Assembly: GCA_950097015.1 (NCBI GenBank)
Contig: CATNEN010000038.1
Coordinates: 20,274,001-20,338,000, forward strand
Direction of reading: 5' to 3'
Source: Macrostomum hystrix
Taxonomy: Eukaryota > Animalia > Platyhelminthes
DNA: 64,000 bases
Part shown: piece by piece, positions 32,871-46,285 of the stretch
Layout of the letters: each line of letters begins with the position of its first letter
How positions within the stretch are numbered: the stretch's first letter is position 1
Translations under genes and position numbers: made by a program
Notes under the pieces: generated by a model
What the model saw: the letters and a program-made list of their open reading frames with translations, nothing else
What the model was told of the DNA's origin: nothing
Databases searched by the model: none

Positions 32871-33515
32871 ATCTCTAGATTTAAAGGAACTTATTATTGG
32901 ATCCATTTTTGTTACATTTTAGCAATGGTCTTGGCCTTCAAAACGATTACGTTTTTAATCGGAGAGTTACTTTTCTTGTAATAATTTTCCTGTAACTTTC
33001 ACTAGTACAGGTGATAATGGAACTGTTGTTTGTTCAGCTTTTCACTCTTCGCTCACCTATTCGCTTCGATAGATTTTCTAATAACTTGTGGGATTAGAAG
33101 TTGAAGGCATGAGTAGCTGCTCACTTTTTTATTAGTAGTATGTTAAGCACTTTGATTTTTTTGCGAGTTTTTTGGTCTATTCGGTTTCTTCTCTTTTATT
33201 CTCGAAGCGAAAATTCCTTTGTTTAAACCGGAACTGTCACCTTTTCTGTCTATCTCTTAGACAATACACTAGAACTTTGTGTCATTGGCATTGGTATATA
33301 AAGTTACCATGTAATTTTCATGCCAACTTTTTTCATCAATAGTTCTAATAAAAAATGCTGAATTCAAAATTCTCTGTGAGTTTTTTGTGCCTAGCGTAAA
33401 TATTTAATCATATGGAACATTTGTGATATTACGCAAGTATTTGATTGGCATTTTTCAGATAGTTTGGTGAATATTAACATCATATAATTAGGGGATTTTA
33501 TAGTGGGGATTCTAA

Positions 33516-33770
33516 GGGCGTTGAGTGGCAGTGTGGTCGCACCGAGGTCTCTGAGCTCGATTCCGCAGCGAGGCCGCATTAACTTTAGGCGCAGCCGCGG
33601 AGAGAAGGCTTGGTGTGGCTTGTCGAGCAATTTTAGCACTCAATGACTAAATCTGAAGGCCTGACGATGAGAAAATCGGGGCGGTTGTAAATACCTGTTT
33701 GAGCGTGCGCTCAGGGATTAACGGAATGGGTATAATTGCCTCCTCGCTGGCTGCGGGTCGACTGTAGACA
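33516..33770 (+). mobile_element. Diverged copy of tRNA-derived SINE family B
   Basis: TCGATTCC B-box, GCGAGGCC..GCGCAGCCGCGGAGAGAAGGCTTGG, CCTGACGATGAGAAA and AATTGCCTCCTCGCTGGCTGCGGGTC are shared with the copies at 39.9, 53.9 and 54.7 kb. Confidence 0.75.
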
Positions 33771-34299
33771 CATTATGCTTCACAGCTAATGTTAGTATCA
33801 TTCCTAAAATGTGGAAAATTAGAAAATATTCTATAGCTATTATAGGAAAACTCCAAAGAGGATTACATGGATTACAAGGATTTGATTTAAAGTTGCATAT
33901 ATAAATATAATTAGTCCTCGGTAAACATTTTCTACTATTAGTAGTGTTTTTCAATACGAGCAGCATTTGTAAGATATATAGATTAAAAAATAAATTAAAC
34001 ACGAAATTTCAAGACGAGGTGCTTGCAAACGCAACAACAAAACACAGGTCGATCTAATTAGCCATTCTCCCAACGCGATGCGGTTGCAACAGCTCTTGTA
34101 GTTTTTATTTAGTCATTTAGAAAGTTAACTTCATTTAATCAATAATGAACAAAAACTGTCATTTCCACGTGCCGCTAATGGGCCGTTTTATTTATCATCG
34201 TCTCTTTAGGCGAAAAGCGAATGAACTCTGCAGCCCGGAGTAAAATGATTAGAAGTTAGCATCTTGACTGGTTGATTTTCAGTTCACTTATTTTTTCAT

Positions 34300-34859
34300 C
34301 TATTCTTCTCCATATTCGCTCTCTGGATCAATGTCCCTTTTATCGATCATGGGATCGCGGAGGATTCTCTTGTCGATCATTGGATCGCGGAGGATTCTCT
34401 TGTCGATCATGGGATCGCGAAGGATTCTCTTGTCGATCATTGGATCGCGGAGGATTCTCTTGTCGATCATTGGATCGCGGAGGATTCTCTTGTCGATCAT
34501 GGGATCGCGAAGGATTCTCTTGTCGATCATTGGATCGCGAAGGTTTCTCTTGTCGATCATGGGATCGCGGAGGATTCTCTTGTCGATCATGGGATCGCGG
34601 AGGATTCTCTTGTCGATCATGGGATCGCGGAGGTTTCTCTTGTCGATATCTTTGAGTTCTCCTTGCACCCAGACCTTGGTCTCATCATCTTTAGGAGAGC
34701 ATAAAGTTGTTGGCAAAACTGAGGCTCCTAAAAGTGCAAAGGGTATTTCGGCAACCAATAAAATAAAGAAGATATAATCTTCGAAACAATAGGCAAGCAA
34801 AATGAGAATTTACCGATAACAATAGCAGACCATAGGACTAGCAGAGCTTTACCGTCCAT
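34300..34859 (-). CDS. Putative neuropeptide/prohormone precursor (157 aa); exons 34859-34814 and 34727-34300
   Basis: AAACCATGG start and an 86-nt GT-AG phase-1 intron. Signal-peptide-like MDGKALLVLWSAIVIGASVLPTTLC, an acidic spacer, ten KR-flanked (I/N)LRDPMID units and an acidic tail DIDPESEYGEE. Variation between repeats is almost all synonymous in this frame. Confidence 0.85.
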
Positions 34860-35394
34860 GGTTTAACTGAAAGTCTTACAATTAGTTATAAGCAAGCTAG
34901 CAAGTGTAGCGACTGTTAGAGTTGCAATCCTTTTTATGATAAATTGTCTGCCGATTCCAAATTAGTAGATCGGCTGCTGAGTGGATAGGATTTATTCCCG
35001 GCGGCTAATATCCCACCGCCCTCTTCTGATTGGCTAGCCAATCGTCATCGAACACATTCACATTGATGTCAAACCAGAAGAATTGCTGAGAGGTTGATAA
35101 AAAACAAGTTGAGTGCATTTTACAATCACTCAAAAGAAGTATTTTGTCCGCCAATGTAAATAGTGTACAGCATTGTAAGGAAGAGGAAAAAAGTATATGC
35201 TAACATATTTGCGTAGAAATTCAGTTGGACAAAAACCTGTACTACAATGATGATGATGTTTTATAGAGTCAATGTTTTATAGGCTTTGAAAAACTAAGAC
35301 ATAGTCTTTTATCTCAAGACACAAGAGCTACAGCTCCTCTTGTAGAGGCTGAAATCACTTTTAGATAAGCGTGCAGCTCTCCTCTTTCTCTAAA

Positions 35395-36318
35395 GGCTTG
35401 GAGCTCCATCATCTAAATGCTTTGAGCTCTCTTATCTAAATGCTTTGAGCTCTCTTATCTAAATGCTTTGAGCTCTCTTATCTACATGCTTGTAGCTCTC
35501 TTATCTAAATGCTTTGAGCTCTCTTATCTAAATGCTTTGAGCTCTGTTCTCTAAATGCTTTGAGCTCTCTTATCTAAATGCTTTGAGCTCTCTTATCTAA
35601 ATGATTTGAGCTCTCTTATCTAAATGCTTTGAGCTCTCTTATCTAAATGCTTTGAGCTGTCTTATCTACATGCTTGTAGCTCTCTCATCTAAATGCTTTG
35701 AGCTCTCTTATCTAAATGCTTTGAGCTCTCTTATCTAAATGCTTTGAGCTCTCTTATCTAAATGCTTTGAGCTCTCTTATCTAAGAGCTTGTAGCTCTCT
35801 TATCTAAATGCTTGTAGCTCTCTTATCTAAATGCTTTAAGCTCTCTTATCTAAATGCTTTGAGCTCTCTTATCTAAATGATTTGAGCTCTCTTATCTAAA
35901 TGCTTTGAGCTCTCTTATCTAAATGCTTTGAGCTCTCTTATCTAAATGCTTTGAGCTCTCTTATCTAAATGCTTTGAGCTCTCTTATCTAAATGCTTTGA
36001 GCTGTCTTATCTACATGCTTGTAGCTCTCTCATCTAAATGCTTGTAGCTCTCTCATCTAAATGCTTTGAGCTCTCTTATCTAAATGCTTTGAGCTCTCTT
36101 ATCTACATGCTTGTAGCTCTCTTATCTAAATGCTTTGAGCTCTCTTATCTAAATGCTTTGAGCTCTGTTCTCTAAATGCTTTGAGCTCTCTTATCTAAAT
36201 GCTTTGAGCTCTCTTATCTAAATGCTTTGAGCTCTCTTATCTACATGCTTTGAGCTCTCTTATCTAAATGCTTGTAGCTCTCTTATCTATCTAAATGCTT
36301 TGAGCTCTCTTATCTAAA
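35395..36318. repeat. 23-bp minisatellite (GAGCTCTCTTATCTAAATGCTTT)
   Basis: About 40 tandem units. Confidence 0.96.
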
Positions 36319-37219
36319 GAAGTGATTATCATAAAAATGAAGTTTTCGGTTGGCATGTTTTCAAGGTGGAGCTTCAGACTAAATTACCAGTGGAGCAAAC
36401 TGGGCAGGCTTTCAACAGTTAAGAAGCAATACGAGCTTGTAGCATCCAGTTAGGAGCAGAAATCAGATGTCAAAGACACAGAAGAATTAGGCGAAGCAAA
36501 ACAACCCGAAATTATCCCATAATCATATTTTTCTTCTTTGTCGGCAGACTTGAGCCGTGCTCAAGTCCGCCTCAAACCAAACGCCATGCCCTCTCGTGTG
36601 TGCTAATCTGCTTTCAAAACCAGGATAAAAACGTTTTTTCATCCTTAGCTCTAATCCGTAGGCTCAATTTTCAACTCAGCCAGTCAGGATTTTTATCGAG
36701 ATTCTTATCTACAAATGAGTTAAAAGTGATTATTTTTCTTGAAAAAAAGCTGCAACAAGCCACTCAATGATACAAACTTCAGCACGCAATGTCTGCTGTT
36801 TGTTACTGCCAACATTCGTAGATCCAATAACTGCCAATAACTGCGTGTTCTAGTGTTAGATAACAGGGAAAAACTGCTTTGAACCAAAAATGGCTGTCTA
36901 TCTAAATGTTCTCACTGCTTTTTAAAATGATTTTTAAGCCGCGGGATGAAAGTAAAAAGTTATATCATGATGTTGTTTGTAATTACCCATTCTGAAAATC
37001 TTTAGAACCAGATGCAGAAAAAGTTTTTTGTTCCAGACTTTAAGAATGATGATCTATAAGCTAGGTCACGAAGCAGATAATTAGTATCGTCGAGGATAGA
37101 GGATGCCATCATAATTAGAAAGCTCTTCATAAATAATCTATCAGATTCAGGTAAGTTTCAATGCTCTTCCTGTCTGTTTTAACTTTGTTGAAACTTCATT
37201 TAAACTTCGTTGAAAGCAT

Positions 37220-38535
37220 AACTGTCTGTGGGCTTTAGAGTCGAACGATAATGTGCATTAGTGTGGTTGTTAACTCTATGGGCTTTAGAGTCAAAGGATA
37301 ATGTACATTAGTGTGGTTGTTAACTCTATGGGCTTGAGAGTCAAAGGATAATGTACATTAGTGTGGTTGTTAACTCTGTGGGCTTTAGAGTCAAAGGATA
37401 ATGTGCATTAGTGTGGTTGTTAACTCTATGGGCTTTAGAGTCAAAGGATAATGTACATTAGTGTGGTTGTTAACTCTATGGGCTTTAGAGTCAAAGGATA
37501 ATGTACATTAGTGTGGTTGTTAACTCTATGGGCTTCAGAGTCTAAGGATAATGTACATTAGTGTGGTTGTTAACTCTATGGGCTTTAGAGTCTAAGGATA
37601 ATGTACATTAGTGTGGTTGTTAACTCTATGGGCTTTAGAGTCAAAGGATAATGTACATTAGTGCGGTTGTTAACTCTATGGGCTTTAGAGTCAATGGATA
37701 ATGTACATTAGTGCGGTTGTTAACTCTATGGGCTTTAGAGTCGAAGGATAATGTAGATTAGTGCGGTTGTTAACTCTATGGGCTTTAGAGTCGAAGGATA
37801 ATGTACATTAGTGTGGTTGTTAACTCTATGGGCTTTAGAGTCAAAGGATAATGTACATTAGTGCGGTTGTTAACTCTATGGGCTTTAGAGTCAAAGGATA
37901 ATGTACATTAGTGTGGTTGTTAACTCTATGGGCTTTAGAGTCAAAGGATAATGTACATTAGTGTGGTTGTTAACTCTATGGGCTTTAGAGTCAAAGGATA
38001 ATGTACATTAGTGCGGTTGTTAACTCTATGGGCTTTAGAGTCAAAGGATAATGTACATTAGTGTGATTGTTAACTCTATGGGCTTTAGAGTCAAAGGATA
38101 ATGTGCATTAGTGTGGTTGTTAACTCTATGGGTTTTAGAGTCGAAGGATAATGTACATTAGTGCGGTTGTTAACTCTATGGGCTTTAGAGTCAAAGGATA
38201 ATGTGCATTAGTGTGGTTGTTAACTCTATGGGTTTTAGAGTCGAAGGATAATGTACATTAGTGCGGTTGTTAACTCTATGGGCTTTAGAGTCAAAGGATA
38301 ATGTACATTAGTGTGGTTGTTAACTCTATGGGCTTTAGAGTCAAAGGATAATGTACATTAGTGTGATTGTTAACTCTATGGGCTTTAGAGTCAAAGGATA
38401 ATGTACATTAGTGCGGTTGTTAACTCTGTGGGCTTTAGAGTCAAAGGATAATGTACATTAGTGTGGTTGTTAACTCTGTGGGCTTTAGAGTCAAAGGATA
38501 ATGTACATTAGTGCGGTTGTTAACTCTATGGGCTT
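37220..38535. repeat. 50-bp minisatellite (AACTCTATGGGCTTTAGAGTCAAAGGATAATGTACATTAGTGTGGTTGTT-like; exact period approximate)
   Basis: Long array of near-identical tandem units. Confidence 0.95.
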
Positions 38536-39886
38536 CCAGACTTCCAGATGAAATGGGCCTATTTTAATTTTTTAACTATTGAAAATAACTGATAAGTAAT
38601 GGCACAGTAGACTGAGAAAGGAGTTAGTTTTATCACTCCTCACGTCTTGAAGTAACCGTTGAAATGAAAAACTGTACTTAAATATGTAAATGCATGCTCT
38701 CATACGATGCGACAAGCTCATACTTAAGTTAGTTATCGAGTACTGCTTCAGTGCTTTCGTGTTTAATGAGCTCATATGCTCATTAGTTCTCCCAGAGTGC
38801 ATAAAAAAGTCGACTCTCATATATCAGTCATACGTATCTCGTACCAAAAATGAAAAATTTGTACGTGTCAATTGACTCAATGTAAAAAAGTGATATTGTC
38901 GTTGTTCTAGCGAACGCGTTGTCCGATTTTCGCGTCATCCTTTATATTGTCAAACCTTGTCTCGAATTCGATCAAATTGTGCCGCTTTTTTCATCTAGCT
39001 CCGAAGTAAAGTGACTTTTGTTATTTTGCAGAATGCAGGTCGAATTTCAGCATCAGTTTTGTTACTGCTTCTTTTTCTTCTAATCTTCTATGATCAACAG
39101 TTAAGAACGTATAAGATCCTGTTATTATTACTTTTTATTAGGCAAATTTTTGGTTCGAGTATAAATAAGTAAGCGCTTAGCTAATGTTAGAGCGAATATT
39201 CGTTTGCTTTACTATATTACTCTTCTTGCTGTGAGAAAATATATAAGTTTTTTTGAGTGTAGCAGCAAGTGCTATTCGATACTCGATACTAAGACTAAGG
39301 AAGGATTTTTTAGCATTGCTGCAAGTTTTATCAGATTCAGAACTAGAAAAAATCTGTTGAGCACAGCAAAAAGCGCGTTATATAATTTAAATGTTTACAT
39401 TTTTTCGCGTCTTGCTTCAAGCGCTATTCGAATCGAAACTCAATCAAGACTGTTCGAGAATACGTAGCTTTTGGGATTATATTTTCAAACTTAAGAAAAG
39501 TGTATTGAACATTGCTGCAATCGTTAAATTAGATTGAAAAAAAATAAGCAGGGAAATTTTTTTGCAATGTTTTTAAAAGCATAGTACTCGTAATTCGAAG
39601 GAAAACACGAAACTGAAAATATAGCGCTAGATATCAATGGTGAGCAGCAGGAGATATCACGTAAACAACAATAATGGGGAAAAGCGTCACATATCTTGGG
39701 AATATCAAGATATTTTTCAAGATATAGCATGAGATTTCCAGGGGATAACATAATACTTTGAGGGTATAGTCCTTTTTTCCAAGCGGATAGAATGATTTAT
39801 TGAAGGGGAAGCATGAATTATCGAAAGGGAAAGCGTGAAGTATCCACGGGAAGAATAAGTTATCGAGGGAAAGCGTGAATTACCGA

Positions 39887-40228
39887 AATAATAATAATAA
39901 TAATTGCAGGAGGGCTGAGAGCAGTGCTCATCATTTAGTGACACTAGACTCGCAGCCAGCGAGGAGGCAATTCTGCCCATTTCGCTGACTCCTGAGCACA
40001 CACGCACACAGATACCGTACGCAGGCACACGCTCACACAGGTGTGTACATCTGCCCTGAGTCCCTGACTTTCTCATCGTCAGGCAGTGTACATTTCACTG
40101 TGCCTTGGAGGTTGGCCCTCAAGGGCGTAAATTGCACGACAAGCACCCAAAGCCTTCTCAGCGGCTGCGCCCCAAATAAATGTGGCCTCGCCGTGGAATC
40201 GAACTTGGACCGTGGTGCGAGAGGCAAC
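39887..40228 (-). mobile_element. tRNA-derived SINE family B copy
   Basis: GTTCGATTCC B-box on the minus strand, the shared body and a (TTA)n tail. Highly similar to 54675-55040. Confidence 0.85.
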
Positions 40229-42334
40229 TACATTGAAAATAATTAAAGAACCAGTCTTCTAAGAAAAAAAAGAAAATTTACACTTTTTTGTTTGTTAAAA
40301 TACTGAACTTGGTTGCTACAAAATATTTTATTGACTAACTAAAAACTGTTTCAATTGCACAGTAGCCTTCAAGTTTAAGGTCACCAAAAAAGGGGGGCAC
40401 AAATTGCTAGTCACATGCACTAAGCATAGAATTTTTACCAAATTATTATTGCAGTTTTCAGCTCTTGCACTCTAGAAAAGCTCGTTAATCTTCCAATAAA
40501 CCTGATTGGCTAAGCCTAAGTCTTGATACTTGTTTGCGAGCTCTCTCTCTCTCTTTCTCTCTACCCCCTTCATGTGATGCCATTGGCTGAATTCTTTTTT
40601 CTATCCTTGTTTTCTCTGCTCGTTATCTGATTGCCTGTTAATCTAGTCTACGGAGTCAGACTGAGGGTGCGGTCATAAAATGACTACCTTTTATAGAAAT
40701 CAGCCTATCCTAACATTAATAAAGGTTATTGGTTATCTTTATAGACGTAGTCTTAAACAAAGCAAAAATGCTATTCTAAATTCATCATTACTCAAACTTA
40801 TTGCCTGCTAATGTAAAAATAGTGTAGTCGAGGCAATTCGCTCATTATTCTAATTAAGTCCCATCTTATCTTAACAAATCGCTTTGATGCCGTTGACTTA
40901 TAGCTTCTGGCTGTTTGATTTAACTTTTCTATTTAGCAGTTGCAGAGAATGTACCGAAAATTAGCCAATCTGATACAGCTGTGGATGGCCACTTGAAAAG
41001 CTGACTTCTACAAAAGACTTTCTTCTAAGCAGGAGCTGAGACCGCTTTGATGTGTGCTACCATTTTAGTTGGCCTCTTCAATAAACGAAGTGGAATGAAA
41101 CTGATATAGATTAAGCAAAGCTTAAGCAAAGCACGGATGTAACAAAAGCCAAAAAAGAAAAATTCTTGTTACTTAATTTTGCTTTTAACAAAAGGTTCGT
41201 TATTAATAACTGTAATACCCTGAAGATGACCAAATTTTTTAACGAAGAGCAACGACGATTACATAAAATATTTAAAAAATCTCATTTAGGTTGACATGTC
41301 AAAAAAAGTTGGAAAATTTAGTAGAAAATTTCGAAAATATTGCAAAAACTATTGCCAAATTTCAGAGCAACAAGACATGTTAAAGGTGAAATAATATTTT
41401 TCGGCAACCACAAGTCACCTGTACTACACGAAAAGATAAAAAACCGTGAAAAAGTGATGTTAATTAAACCATGCGCCCCACTGGCGGGAGGGCGTATAGC
41501 GGGGCGCATAGTAAAATCAACCAGCGCCCCACTGGCGGGAGGGCGTATAGCGGGGCGCCGGCGCCCCACCCTGCGCCCCCCCGCCGGTGTCCCACCGGGC
41601 AGTTACTTTCATTAAACGACCTATACACTTAATTTACATTTCGAAGAAATTGCTACTTGTAAAGTCGCGGCGAATTTTATAATAATTATTTAATGCAATT
41701 CAAAAAGAAAAAAATCGATATAATTTCTAAGAAATAAAAAGACCGTTTTTCTTTCATTCCTAAAAAATCAATTTAAGCCCACCGAAAAATGAAATTGCCA
41801 AACGAACTATCATGAAATTCGAAACTTTTGACGGCACTTGTGACACTTCTAGACAGTTTGAGCTCTACTTTCCATTCATATGTATATATATATATATATA
41901 TATGCGCAAGTAGCCAACAAGTGGCGAGCCCTACTATTCATTATCCGTGTGAAAAGTTCTTGCCTAACTCACGCACCCAACGCTGTCTGCAATAGCTGCA
42001 GATAGGCCAGACAGGGTTTAGGCAGGAGAGGATGAGAAAATAGAAGAAAAATTTGCCCCTTGGCAACCAGCTCCATTGCCTGAGAGAGAGAGAGAGAGGC
42101 TGCTAATAGAAATCTGGGATTTTTCCCGCGAGATTGATTGGAGCAACCCCAGCAATGGAATCACTTTTGGCTTATTTTGATGTTTATTGGCCGTACATCA
42201 TATTGTCATCTTAGTAATAAACAGAAATCGATTTGTTGGTTTGACACTGCGAAACAGTAGACACTAAATAGCCTAAAAACTTAGCTGAATATTATATTTG
42301 ACACTCATTTGAGTCAGTGGAACATCCCAGTGTC

Positions 42335-42585
42335 TAACAGTAAGGACTCTTATCTAACATGTAACTGTCCCAGTGTCTAATAGGTAGGACTGTTATCTAA
42401 CAGGTAGGACTGTTATCTAACAGGTAGGACTGTTGTCTAACAGGTAGGACTGTTATCTAACAGGTAGGACTGTTATCTAACAGGTAGGACTGTTATCTAA
42501 CAGGTAGGACTGTTGTCTAACAGGTAGGACTGTTATCTAACAGGTAGGACTGTTATCTAACAGGTAGGACTGTTGTCTAACAGGT
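42335..42585. repeat. 20-bp minisatellite (TCTAACAGGTAGGACTGTTA)
   Basis: Tandem units. Confidence 0.95.
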
Positions 42586-43199
42586 ATAATATCTAACATC
42601 TAACATCATATCAAACATTAATAATATCAAGTGTCGAACACTTTTAATGGCATACTGAAGAGTATCAGCTCGCATTTTGTAGTTTAGCGTTCTTAATCTG
42701 AAAGCAAAATATTTATATTTTCCATCAAAGACGTACTTTTGTGGCGTCAGATCAAAACAAACCATGCAGTTAGCGACATACAAAATTAAGAAAAAAACTT
42801 TCTTTTTTGTGAGGTAATATTCCAAAAAAGTTTAATTTCTTACAAGCAGCCTACCCACGCATAGTTCAATTTAAATGTTTCATTTTTTATAAAATGAGAA
42901 AATTTTTTACTTTTTTTCCACAAGTAAATAATGTTTCGTTTAATTAAACACAAAATTTGCACAGTTGGCGATAGGTAATAATGCTGGTACCTCGTTAATT
43001 AAAAACCTTGAAGCTTAAATTAAAACCAAAACAATGTACATTGTTTCAGTGACTAATCGATCTCACCACCCAACAACCCGACAAGGATGAAGTTCAATGT
43101 ACATTGCGCAAGTTCCCGATAAATGATGATTTCGAAGCAAGTTCAAAATTTGCATTTTTGCTGAGTAAAATATCAACTGCAGTAGAAAACATTTTAAAG

Positions 43200-44680
43200 T
43201 TGATATAGAACGGATTATTTCTAATAATAATATGCTAATCTAACCCAAATGGCAGAAGGAATAGAATGGATTGCTAATCTATCCTAATAGATTAAGGAAT
43301 AGAACGGATTGCTAATCTATCGCTAATGGATGAAGGAATGGAATGGATTGCTAATCTATCCCCAATGGATGAAGGAACAGAATGGATTGCTAATCTATCT
43401 AAACAGATGAAGTAATATATAGTGGATTGCTAATCTATCTAAATGGATGAAGGAACAGAATGGATTGCTAATCTATCCCCAATTGATGAAGGAACAGAAT
43501 GGATTGCTAATCTATCTAAACAGATGAAGTAATATATAGTGGATTGCTAATCTATCTAAATGGATGAAGGAACAGAATGGATTGCTAATCTATCCCCAAT
43601 GGATGAAGGAACAGAATGGATTGCTAATCTATCCCCAATGGATGAAGGAATAGAATGGATTGCTAATCTATCCCCAATGGATGATGGAATAGAATGGATT
43701 GCTAATCTATCTAAATGGATGAAGGAATAGAATGGATTGCTAATCTATTCTAATGGATGAATAAATAGAATGGATTTCTAATCTGTCCCTATGGATGAGA
43801 AAATGAAATGGATTCTTAATCTATTGCCTAATGGATAAAGGAATAGAATGGATTGCTAATCTATCCTCAATAGATGAAGGAACAGAACGGATTGCTAATC
43901 TATCCCAATGGATGAAGGAACAGAATAGATTGCTAATCTATCCCCAATGGATGAAGGAACAGAATGGATTGCTAATCTATCCTCAATAGATGAAAGGAAT
44001 AGAATGGATTGTTAATCGATTCCCAATGGATAAAGGAATAGAATGGATTTCTAATCTATCCCTATGGATGAGGGAATGAAATGGATTCCTAATCTATTGC
44101 CTAATGGATGGAGGAATAGAATGGATTGCTAATCTATGTACGAGTAAATAGATGAATGAATACAGTGGATTGCTAATCTGTCTAAATAGATGAAGGAATA
44201 TAATGGATTGCTAATCTATCTAAATAGATGAAGGAATAGAATGGATTGCTAATCTATCTAAATAGATGAAGGAATATAATGGATTGCTAATCTATCTAAA
44301 TAGATGAAGGAATAGAATGGATTGCTAATCTATCTAAATAGATGAAGGAATAGAATGGATTGCTAATCTATCCTAATAGATTAAGGAATAGAACGGATTG
44401 CTAATCTATCGCCAACGGATGAAGGAATAGAATGGATTGCTAAACTATCCCTAATGGATGAAGGAACAGAATGGATTGCTAATCTATCCCCAATAGATGA
44501 AGGAATAGAATGGATTGCTAATCGATTCCCAATGGATAAAGGAATAGAATGGATTTCTAATCTATCCCTATGGATGAGGGAATGAAATTTATTCCTAATC
44601 TATTGCCTAATGGATGAATGAATACAGTGGATTGCTAATCAATCTAAATAGATGAAGGAATACATTGGATTGCTAATACT
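43200..44680. repeat. ~38-39 bp minisatellite (GATGAAGGAATAGAATGGATTGCTAATCTATCCCCAATG)
   Basis: Degenerate tandem units. The same family occurs inverted at 8100-8230. Confidence 0.95.
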
Positions 44681-45340
44681 ATATGCATCGAAACAAAATA
44701 TATAATCGCTTTTTGTGTGTTTTCTGCTGCTTCATTAGTTTCAAGCGAGCCTCTTTGAACTTGCTTTATCCCCATTCATTAGCGTCAAAGTTAAACTTTC
44801 CCTAATCCCATAATTCGTAGCAGTTGCTATATTTTTCAATGCAAAGTTTTACGAGTGAGAATGAAAAATTGTTTGACTTCTAAGGAATAATTTCAAATAA
44901 AAAAATGCAATAACCTTGCTTAGTTGTTTGCATTTGAAATCCCATAATTGTGAGGAAAACGGTTAATCTCGAAATCCGATTTCCCCAAAGGCAAATGTTT
45001 TCGGGCTCAATATTTTCCCTATTCGGCTAGGCTTAAATGACTAGGGTGTAGAGAAATCTTCGATGAGATAACAAGCTTAGCTATCTTCTAAGATAAAAGA
45101 AGCATTATCACATATATTCAAATTTAAAATGGCCATAATAGTGGATTTAAAAAATTATAGTGATGCGAATAACTCAAGTTATAACCAAGAATGGGGTATA
45201 ATTTTCGTGCCACTCTTTGAAATTAAACTGATTCATTATTAACAAATTTATTGATAAAGTTATGTTTCGTTTTAGTGGACCTTATACGGGTTAAAATCAA
45301 TAGAAATTATTTGTTTCAATTTTAGTCTAAGAAGTATAAC

Positions 45341-45455
45341 GGAGGCTTATAGCTCAGTGAATACAGCGAACGTAGCTTCTTCTGACCAAAAGGTCGCGAG
45401 TTCTAATCTCATCGAAAGAGGGACAATGTATGTGCTTGAGTGAGACACTTAATTT
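45341..45455 (+). mobile_element. Truncated tRNA-derived SINE head / tRNA-like relic
   Basis: TAGCTCAGTG A-box, GGTCGCGAGTTCTAATC B-box, followed by CTTGAGTGAGACACTTAA similar to the SINE at 27.7 kb. No intact cloverleaf. Confidence 0.6.
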
Positions 45456-45809
45456 TTCTAAACGCTTAATAATTATAGTAAAATTGCCATATACATACAA
45501 AAGTACAATCTAGAATGATGAGGTCACGTGATCCAAGTCGAATGATCACGTGATAACTGACTCGAACCGCGAATCTTTGAGACATCTCACGCAACTCGAA
45601 GATTTTCTAGATAGAATTATCGAATGGATTGACACCTGAGACTTAATTACATCAATGCATCTGCTATTACATACCTATCAATTACTTTTATATGCTGTAT
45701 TGGAATTATTTAACTAAAGCAGAATACATTATATGTCATGGCTAACTTATCTAGATAAGTTATAATTAGCAGTTTCTGCTTGACAGTGTATTTGTACTCC
45801 GGTTTATAA

Positions 45810-46285
<476 letters not shown>

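Noticed and set aside
34331-34777. Plus-strand ORFs over the neuropeptide array (MGSRRILLSI / CRSWDRGGFS)
   Set aside because: Unit variants are non-synonymous in these frames and there is no gene structure. The minus-strand frame explains the pattern.
37099-37150. Candidate first coding exon of CCDC81
   Set aside because: No in-frame ATG. Exon 48297-48378 has a good ATG context and the correct phase.
29294-38535. 34-50 bp repeat arrays as possible CRISPR arrays
   Set aside because: Head-to-tail units without unique spacers, no cas genes, and a eukaryotic context.
40055-40090. CUGACGA..GAAA in the SINE body as a hammerhead ribozyme
   Set aside because: Only 3 nt lie between CUGANGA and GAAA (no stem II), and the segment folds as a simple hairpin.
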